From contig CAYOVP010000003.1 of assembly GCA_964407495.1 (NCBI GenBank), positions 1,484 through 65,483 on the forward strand: a stretch of DNA of 64,000 nucleotides, in the 5' to 3' direction. Every line of letters starts with the position of its first letter. Position 1 is the first letter of the stretch. The position numbers were made by a program, and so were the translations under genes. This document shows, piece after piece, positions 57,954-64,000 of this stretch. The DNA is from an uncultured Thermodesulfobacteriota bacterium. Its GTDB lineage: Bacteria; Desulfobacterota; GWC2-55-46; JADFVP01. Under the pieces are notes generated by a model. It was not told the origin of the DNA and did no database searches. It was given only the letters and a program-made list of their open reading frames with translations.

Positions 57954-58210
57954 TCTGTCTTCCGTTGCAGGGCATTGTGCCTTCTCTGGGCCCCTGCGAG
58001 TTGTCTTGTTCTTGTATGAATGCCGCGGCGCGGCAACCGGTGCTCCAGCGCAGAGCAGTCCTTGGCCGCCCATGTATCGAGGCCGCGGCCTTTCCCTTTA
58101 CAGTAGCAAGGGCCTTGCCGGAAAGTCTCCATCAACCGGGCCTTCATTAGCCGAGGTACAGGCCCCCCTCTTGTATTTACCTGTCCATACCTTCTTGGGG
58201 GTGCTGGGCC

Positions 58211-58795
58211 TCAGTTGAGTTTCTCGAACTCCACGCGCCTGTTCTTTGCCCAGGCCTCCTCGTTGTGTCCAGGGTCAACAGGGTCTTCCTCACCGTAACT
58301 GATGACAGAGAGCCTCTTGGCAGAGATCCCGAGAGAGACGAGGTAGCGCTTTACGCTGAGGGCGCGCTTCTCGCCGAGGGCCATGTTGTACTCGTTGTCG
58401 CCCCGCTCGTCGGCATGTCCTTCTATGCGTACGAGAACATCGGGGTGGTCCTTGAGCCACTGGGCGTCGGCCTTGAGTATCTCGGCGTCGCTCTCGCGGA
58501 TGGTGTACCTGTCGAAGTCGAAGTGTACGGGCTTGATGCCTGCGGCAAAGGCCGCGGCTGTGGCGGCCTTTCTCTCTTCTTCAGAGACAAAGGCCTCGCG
58601 GAACTTCTCGCCTGCCTTTATATCAGACTCCTTCACGCCCTTCTCTCCCACGCCCTCCTCGGGCACCACTGTCTCGCCCTTCTGGCCCGTTGCTGTGGTG
58701 ATGTCCTCCTGCACCGTGGTCTTCTTGTTGCCGGCGCATGCCGCGAGGGTCAGTGCCAGGAGCAGTAGCGGAAGTATTCTCAGGTACTTCTTCAT
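58211..58795 (-). CDS. pal: Peptidoglycan-associated lipoprotein
   Basis: LAAC lipobox, FDFDRY, EGHADERGDNEYNMALGEKRA, NRRVEF. Confidence 0.96.
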   Translation of the reverse strand: MKKYLRILPLLLLALTLAACAGNKKTTVQEDITTATGQKGETVVPEEGVGEKGVKESDIKAGEKFREAFVSEEERKAATAAAFAAGIKPVHFDFDRYTIRESDAEILKADAQWLKDHPDVLVRIEGHADERGDNEYNMALGEKRALSVKRYLVSLGISAKRLSVISYGEEDPVDPGHNEEAWAKNRRVEFEKLN

Positions 58796-59130
58796 TTAAT
58801 GCCTCCTTCTTCGTTATGGATGAAATATCTCAAGACATGATCTTTTTATGCTCTGTAAAGCCCGCGGCCATGGCTTCTCCCGCCCCTGGTCTCGTCTCTG
58901 GCCGGTCTGAAGGGATCGAGTGCCTGCGGATACAGGGAAGGGCCCCTTTCTCACGGGAGTAGTAACTGTATATAAGAAGAAAACAAAAAGATACTGTATC
59001 GCTACTCACATTTCAAGGGCCAAAGGGGCGAAAAGAGCAGAAAAAAGAGGCGAAGGCGTTTTCTCAGTCTCTGAACTTCAGGAATAGGAGTCCCTTTTGG
59101 GGCGAAGAGGGCAAACAAGAACCAGCCGGT

Positions 59131-60462
59131 TCAGTAGAGAAAGGGTGACCATGATGGAGAACTTATCTCACCTATGCCGAGCGGTATCTTTCTCACACCC
59201 GTGCCGTCTGCCTGCATTACGTAGAGGTCGCCGTCCGAGCCGTCGTATGAACGCGTAAAGGCTATGAACCTTCCGTCAGGAGACCAGGACGGAGACCTGT
59301 TATTCCCTTCGTATGTGAGTTGAACCTGTCCGCCGCCCCGGGCATTCACTACCCAGATATTGAAGGCGCCGCCGTCGGCCCTGGCATAGGCTATCTTCGT
59401 TCCGTCAGGAGACCAGACCGGGCTCGCGTTGTAGGTGCCCCCGTAAGTGAGTCGGCGTATCTTTTTGGTTCGCAAGTCTAACACAAAAATATGCGGATTT
59501 CCACTCCTATCTGAGACGAATGCTATCTTTGTACCATCCGGGGACCACGTGGGAGATACGTCTATGCCGTAGTTCGTCGTAAGGCGCTCATATCCTCCTC
59601 CGCCAAGGTGCAGGAGGTATATGTCCGGCCCTGTACGGGTACTGAGCGTAAGTGCTATGGACTTTCCGTCTGGCGAGAACCTCCCGCCAATGTTGAGGCC
59701 GTGTTTTTTGGAGATGATCTCGTCGTGCCCGGAGAGGAGGTCGAAGATGTACAGGTAGGGGTACCCCCGCTTGTAGGATGTATATATGACCTTCTTGCCG
59801 TCTGGAGACCACTTTGGCGAGAGGTTTATGGAGCCGTTGGACGTAATCTGCACCCTGTGGCCGCCGTCGTAGTCGGAGAGAAATATCTCTTTCTTGCCCC
59901 GTACCCTTGCAACAAAGAGCATCTTTGTGGTGAATACGCCCTTTCGCCCTGTCACCTCCTCGTATATGCGTTCGGAGACGAAGTGCGCGAGGCGCTCTGG
60001 CCGGCTCGGGCTCCCGATGAACCTCTTGCTCATGATGTTGGTATGCCGTACGGTGTCGAACAGCCGTACCTCCACAACGAGGCGTTCTCCTTCCAGTCTG
60101 AACCTTCCCTCCACCAGGGCATCGGCCCCGATCATGCGCCAGTCCCTGAACTTTATGCCCTCTGCGTCAAAGGCCGCTTTCTCGGGGTCTTCAAGAAAGG
60201 CCTCGTTGTCCAGTACGCGGAAGACACCAGAAAAGTCGAGGTCTCGCTTTATGGTTCTGAGCATGGCGCCGGATATGCCATGGATGTGTGTCCTCTCGGC
60301 CTCGGAGTAGGGGTCTGGCCCCAGGTACCGGAACTCCTGCACTGCAAGAGGGAGCCTCTTTATGGACGGTGCCGCGAGGTCGATGTAGACCTTTGCAGGA
60401 GCAGAGCCTGCCCCAAGGAAGAGGCCGAGTATAACCAGAACGAGAGTCAGTGTCTTTTTCAT
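59131..60462 (-). CDS. tolB: Tol-Pal beta-propeller protein
   Basis: TolB_N plus PD40 repeats (SPxWSPDG). Confidence 0.95.
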   Translation of the reverse strand: MKKTLTLVLVILGLFLGAGSAPAKVYIDLAAPSIKRLPLAVQEFRYLGPDPYSEAERTHIHGISGAMLRTIKRDLDFSGVFRVLDNEAFLEDPEKAAFDAEGIKFRDWRMIGADALVEGRFRLEGERLVVEVRLFDTVRHTNIMSKRFIGSPSRPERLAHFVSERIYEEVTGRKGVFTTKMLFVARVRGKKEIFLSDYDGGHRVQITSNGSINLSPKWSPDGKKVIYTSYKRGYPYLYIFDLLSGHDEIISKKHGLNIGGRFSPDGKSIALTLSTRTGPDIYLLHLGGGGYERLTTNYGIDVSPTWSPDGTKIAFVSDRSGNPHIFVLDLRTKKIRRLTYGGTYNASPVWSPDGTKIAYARADGGAFNIWVVNARGGGQVQLTYEGNNRSPSWSPDGRFIAFTRSYDGSDGDLYVMQADGTGVRKIPLGIGEISSPSWSPFLY

Positions 60463-60476
60463 AATCCTACCTTGTC

Positions 60477-61307
60477 TCAGTCGCAGGTGGGGCAGAACCT
60501 GAGGCCCGTCTCCAGCGTGTCTTCAGTAAAGTCTTCGGGTAGCGGCGGAAAGGGTGAGGCCTTTCTCACTGCCTTGAGGAGCGATTCGTCGAACTGTCTG
60601 TTCCCAGAGCCCTTCTCCACCCAACTCTTCAGGAGCGTTCCGTCACGGCCTATGCGTATGGATACTATTACCGAGATCTTCTCGTTGTCAAAATTCTCGG
60701 GGTATATCCAGTTGGCCTGGACGCGGTCTCTTATGAGTGCGAAGTAGGCCTTGTGCTTGAGTTCGAGGCTCTCTGTCCTGAGCCCGCCTGTGGGCGTGAG
60801 CAAAGGAGTGGCCCGCCGTTTCGCCACTGTCCTGGCCGGCGGGGGTGCGTCCAGGGTCTTCTTTATACTCTCGAGCCTCTTCATGAGGGCCTCGGCCTCC
60901 TGGCGCTTGCGTATCGCCTCTATCCTTGCGGCTAAGGCCTTTTGTTCTTCCTCGGACTGGACCTTCCTGCGTATGGCGCTGAGGGCCTCGGAGATCTCCT
61001 TTTCCACGTGTTTTTTCGGCCTTGGGGCTGCCTTTTTCTTTTTCAGGACAAGGGTCTTCTTCGCAGTCTTCTTGGTGGCCCTTCTTTTTTTCCTCGTCGT
61101 TATGGACTGTCTCGATTTTTTTCGTCCCTGTTTTTTCCGTTCCCTTGGTGGTTCCACCAGGCTCACGGTATAGACGGGTGTAAAGAAGACCTTCCTTTTA
61201 CCCCTCATGTATATGCCCAGCACTATTATGACCAGAAGGTGGGCTACCATGGAGATGTAAAGGAATTTCTTGAAGACCCTTGGGGTATGGCCGAAGGATT
61301 TAACCAT
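60477..61307 (-). CDS. tolA: TolA/TonB-like protein
   Basis: TM with SMVAH, Lys-rich linker, C-terminal SGNRQFDES..KAVRKASPFP. Confidence 0.85.
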   Translation of the reverse strand: MVKSFGHTPRVFKKFLYISMVAHLLVIIVLGIYMRGKRKVFFTPVYTVSLVEPPRERKKQGRKKSRQSITTRKKRRATKKTAKKTLVLKKKKAAPRPKKHVEKEISEALSAIRRKVQSEEEQKALAARIEAIRKRQEAEALMKRLESIKKTLDAPPPARTVAKRRATPLLTPTGGLRTESLELKHKAYFALIRDRVQANWIYPENFDNEKISVIVSIRIGRDGTLLKSWVEKGSGNRQFDESLLKAVRKASPFPPLPEDFTEDTLETGLRFCPTCD

Positions 61308-61393
61308 AAGTTATTCAAGAGACCTGGGACGGGGCGGAAGAGGCAAGAGAGGATGAATCCGGGCCGGCGTGCCTCGGGCGCGACCCCTGGCCG

Positions 61394-61813
61394 TCAGCCC
61401 TTTCCGGGCCTTGACTCGGTTATCATGCCAATCTTGGTGATCCCGGCCTGTCGTATCTCGGAGATGACCTTAACCACGTACCCATAGGGCACCTTTCTGT
61501 CGGCCTTGAGGAGCACCATGCTCCCGGGTTTCATCTTGTTTATGGCCCGGAGTTTCTTGGCGAGCCTTGCGGTGCTCATGCGTGTCTCGCCGAGGTAGGT
61601 GCGCTGGCGGCGGTCGATGGTCACCACTAGGGGCTCTGCCTTCGTGCTAACGGCCCTGGCCGTTACCTTCGGAAGGTTCACGTCTATTCCCGACTGCATC
61701 ATGGGCGCTGTGACCATGAAGATGATGAGGAGGACGAGCATGACGTCCACGAAGGGCGTTACGTTTATCTGCGACATGAGTTCCTTGTCGCGCCGCGGGG
61801 TCATCATCGCCAT
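61394..61813 (-). CDS. tolR: TolR
   Basis: INVTPFVDVMLVLLIIFMVTAP, LKADRKVPYG. Confidence 0.93.
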   Translation of the reverse strand: MAMMTPRRDKELMSQINVTPFVDVMLVLLIIFMVTAPMMQSGIDVNLPKVTARAVSTKAEPLVVTIDRRQRTYLGETRMSTARLAKKLRAINKMKPGSMVLLKADRKVPYGYVVKVISEIRQAGITKIGMITESRPGKG

Positions 61814-61844
61814 CTGTGCCTCTCGTCCATTCTTGTCCTCGGGC

Positions 61845-62540
61845 TCATCGCGAGAGTTGTTTTTCCACTATGTTCAGGAGATCTGCCGAGAAGTTCTCCA
61901 TCTCCGTTGCCACGCGGTTTATCCTCGATGTGATGTGGTTGTACCCCACCACGGCGGGTATTGCCACCACGAGGCCCATGGCCGTTGCCACGAGGGCCTC
62001 GGAAATCCCCGGGGCCACTACGGCAAGGTTGGCGGCTCCTCTTGCGCCAATGTCCTGGAAGGAACTCATTATGCCCCAGACCGTGCCGAAGAGACCTATG
62101 AAGGGGGCGGTGTTGCCGGCTGTTGCAAGAAAACTCACGGCATACTCCATCTTGCTGTGCTGGATTGCGCTGGTCTTTCGGAGTATGCGCTCAATGCGCT
62201 CCATCTTATCGGCTCCTGGCTCGGCCTTGGACTCGGCCCTGGACTTCATTATAATTGCCAGTTCGTTGTATGCCGCCGAAAAGAGCGGCGAGAGGGGTGT
62301 GTTCTTGTAGGTGCCGAGGATGGAGGCTATGTGCGAGAACTGTCGTTTTTCCCAGAAGACCTCGTAGAAACGAGAAGTCTCTTTCTCTATCTTCTTGAGC
62401 GCCATGGCCTTGTAGATGATTATGGCCCAGGAAAAGACAGAGAAGATGAGGAGTATGAGGAGGACGAGTTTTACTATTGGCCCGGCGTGGGCCACCATGG
62501 ACCATATGCCGAGGTGAGAGCCTAATGCGGTTGGGTTCAA
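61845..62540 (-). CDS. tolQ: TolQ
   Basis: APFIGLFGTVWGIM, VAPGISEALVATAMGL. Confidence 0.94.
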   Translation of the reverse strand: MNPTALGSHLGIWSMVAHAGPIVKLVLLILLIFSVFSWAIIIYKAMALKKIEKETSRFYEVFWEKRQFSHIASILGTYKNTPLSPLFSAAYNELAIIMKSRAESKAEPGADKMERIERILRKTSAIQHSKMEYAVSFLATAGNTAPFIGLFGTVWGIMSSFQDIGARGAANLAVVAPGISEALVATAMGLVVAIPAVVGYNHITSRINRVATEMENFSADLLNIVEKQLSR

Positions 62541-62758
62541 TGTTTTGTTCTCCTATGGTGCTTTGGGCGTTGCTTCTTATGCAGGGTTCTTCGGGCTCTT
62601 GAAGTGCCGATGATATATCCTCTGAAATTAACACGCTTTGCCCGTACAAGTCAACCGCCTTTGGAGGCAAAAGATTTTTGATTTCCAGGAGTCCTCTCTG
62701 GTATAACGAAGGGGCAACCGAGGGAACCAATTAATTGCAAACAAGCAAAGGAGCGCCC

Positions 62759-63130
62759 ATGGAGTTACTCTGGCTCTGCCTTGCCGGGGCTGGCGGCACA
62801 CTTTCAAGGTACCTGCTCTCTGGTTTTGTACAGAGGGTATCTGGCGGTGAGTTTCCCTGGGGCACCTATGCGGTGAATATACTCGGTGCCTTTCTCTTCG
62901 GTCTTGTCTGGAGTCTCTCGGAGGACCGTTTTCTCATCGGCGGGCATACGCGTCTCATAGTCCTCGGTGGTTTCATGGGCGCCTTTACTACCTTCTCAAC
63001 CTTCATGTTCGAGACAGGCCAGTTCATTCGCGACGGCCAGTGGGCCATGGCAGTGGGCAACCTTGCCCTTCAGAACGTCTCGGGCGTAATAGTCCTCTTC
63101 CTTGGACTCGCGGCAGGAAGGCTGCTGTAG
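62759..63130 (+). CDS. crcB: Fluoride channel Fluc
   Basis: GGTLSRY, PWGTYAVN, GFMGAFTTFSTF. Confidence 0.93.
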   Translation: MELLWLCLAGAGGTLSRYLLSGFVQRVSGGEFPWGTYAVNILGAFLFGLVWSLSEDRFLIGGHTRLIVLGGFMGAFTTFSTFMFETGQFIRDGQWAMAVGNLALQNVSGVIVLFLGLAAGRLL

Positions 63131-63216
63131 GGTGCCTATTGGTTTCTCTTTTTTAAGTAGCGCTCTTTCATGGAGACGCGTTGCGGGTTCAATAGGTGCA
63201 CGCTGGCCTGAGCAGA

Positions 63217-63263
63217 AACTGGTTTTCTTTGTCTTACTTTCTTTTTTCCAAAAGAAAGTAAGG
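63217..63263 (+). repeat. Family-1 dispersed hairpin repeat, copy G, between crcB and DUF190
   Basis: AACTGGTTTTCTTTGTCTTACTTTCTTTT-TTCC-AAAAGAAAGTAAGG. Confidence 0.88.
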
Positions 63264-63309
63264 TTGATTTGTTGTCTTTTTCGTCTTTTTCCTGTAGAGG
63301 AGGTCTTGC

Positions 63310-63660
63310 ATGGAGATGCCCTGTGATGTAGACATGTTGCGGGTCTTTGTGGGCGAGAGGCAGAAGTTCAGGGGGAGGCCCGTGTACGAGGCCATAGTGG
63401 AGGCCGCCCGTGAGCGGGGGCTAATGGGGGCCACGGTGATAAAGGGGTTCATGGGTTATGGTTCGCACTGCAAACTTCACACTGCCAAGGTATTCATGCT
63501 CAGCGAGGACTTGCCCATGGTGGTGGAGATTGTGGACAGCGAGGAGCGCATCAGGGACTTTCTTCCTGTCATAAAGGAGATGAACCACAAGGGGCTAATA
63601 ACTCTGGAGAAGATACAGATAGTTGCCTACAACTGTCCTGTTGAGGGGGACGAGGGGTGA
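63310..63660 (+). CDS. DUF190 (PII-like) protein
   Basis: LRVFVGE, GATVIKGFMGYG, LSEDLPMVVEIVD; usual crcB neighbour. Confidence 0.9.
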   Translation: MEMPCDVDMLRVFVGERQKFRGRPVYEAIVEAARERGLMGATVIKGFMGYGSHCKLHTAKVFMLSEDLPMVVEIVDSEERIRDFLPVIKEMNHKGLITLEKIQIVAYNCPVEGDEG

Positions 63661-63664
63661 AGGG

Positions 63665-64000
63665 TCAACTCTGGGCCGCACCTCTGGCGATGAACCTTCT
63701 TGCAGCCTCTATGGCCCTGGGAAATGCCTCCTCGCTGTGGGGCTCTATGGTATAGACGGGCCGGACGTCGTATTTTTGGAGCAGGCCAAAGTATCGGACA
63801 AAGTCTATGGAGCCCTCTCCGAGGGGCAGGTGTTCGTCCACCTCTGCGTTGTTGTCATGGAGGTGGAGTTCTGCTATATAGGGCCCAAGGGTCCTGAACC
63901 ACTCCTCGAAGTCCACCTCTGAGAAGACGTTGAGGTGGCCAGAGTCGATACAGAGCCTGAAGGCCGGCGAGTCTATCTCTTCGACGAGCCTCTTTAGGGG
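63665..64000 (-). CDS. Sugar phosphate isomerase/epimerase-type TIM barrel, 5'-truncated by the window edge
   Basis: Frame open to the edge: LCIDSGHLN, ELHLHDN, DEHLPLGEGSIDF, TIEPH. Confidence 0.85.
   Translation of the reverse strand, partial: PLKRLVEEIDSPAFRLCIDSGHLNVFSEVDFEEWFRTLGPYIAELHLHDNNAEVDEHLPLGEGSIDFVRYFGLLQKYDVRPVYTIEPHSEEAFPRAIEAARRFIARGAAQS

Noticed and set aside
62541-62758. Possible fluoride riboswitch upstream of crcB
   Set aside because: No GGnGAUGGnGUUC...GCUAAUGACUCCU-type pseudoknot core; GCCGATGA alone is insufficient

Overview
64 kb of a GC-rich bacterial chromosome. Gene order (nadD-rsfS-rlmH-lapB-like-gpmI, amidase-rph-rdgB, tolQRAB-pal-cpoB, System II ccsA) resembles that of deltaproteobacteria-like lineages; this is inference only. 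I found no tRNA, rRNA, CRISPR array, prophage or intact transposase. Much of the window is housekeeping, with a strong enrichment for metal, cofactor and oxidative-stress genes: tandem cobalamin riboswitches before btuB-tonB-btuFDC, cbiX-cbiMQO plus an OprB-type porin, a Moco riboswitch before modABC, a CDF exporter, perR-ahpC, and crcB-DUF190. Three coding features are missing from the ORF track and were translated by hand: (1) a Cyc2-type monoheme cytochrome-porin fusion, the marker of Fe(II) oxidation, running off the left edge (1158 to <1, minus strand); (2) a 57-aa LysW-like zinc ribbon at the end of the gpmI operon; (3) a 34-aa RCKP-type rubredoxin-like protein between ahpC and the sigma factor gene. 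Intergenic DNA carries at least three families of palindromic repeats. One has 7 clear copies with compensatory base changes and sits inside conserved operons.
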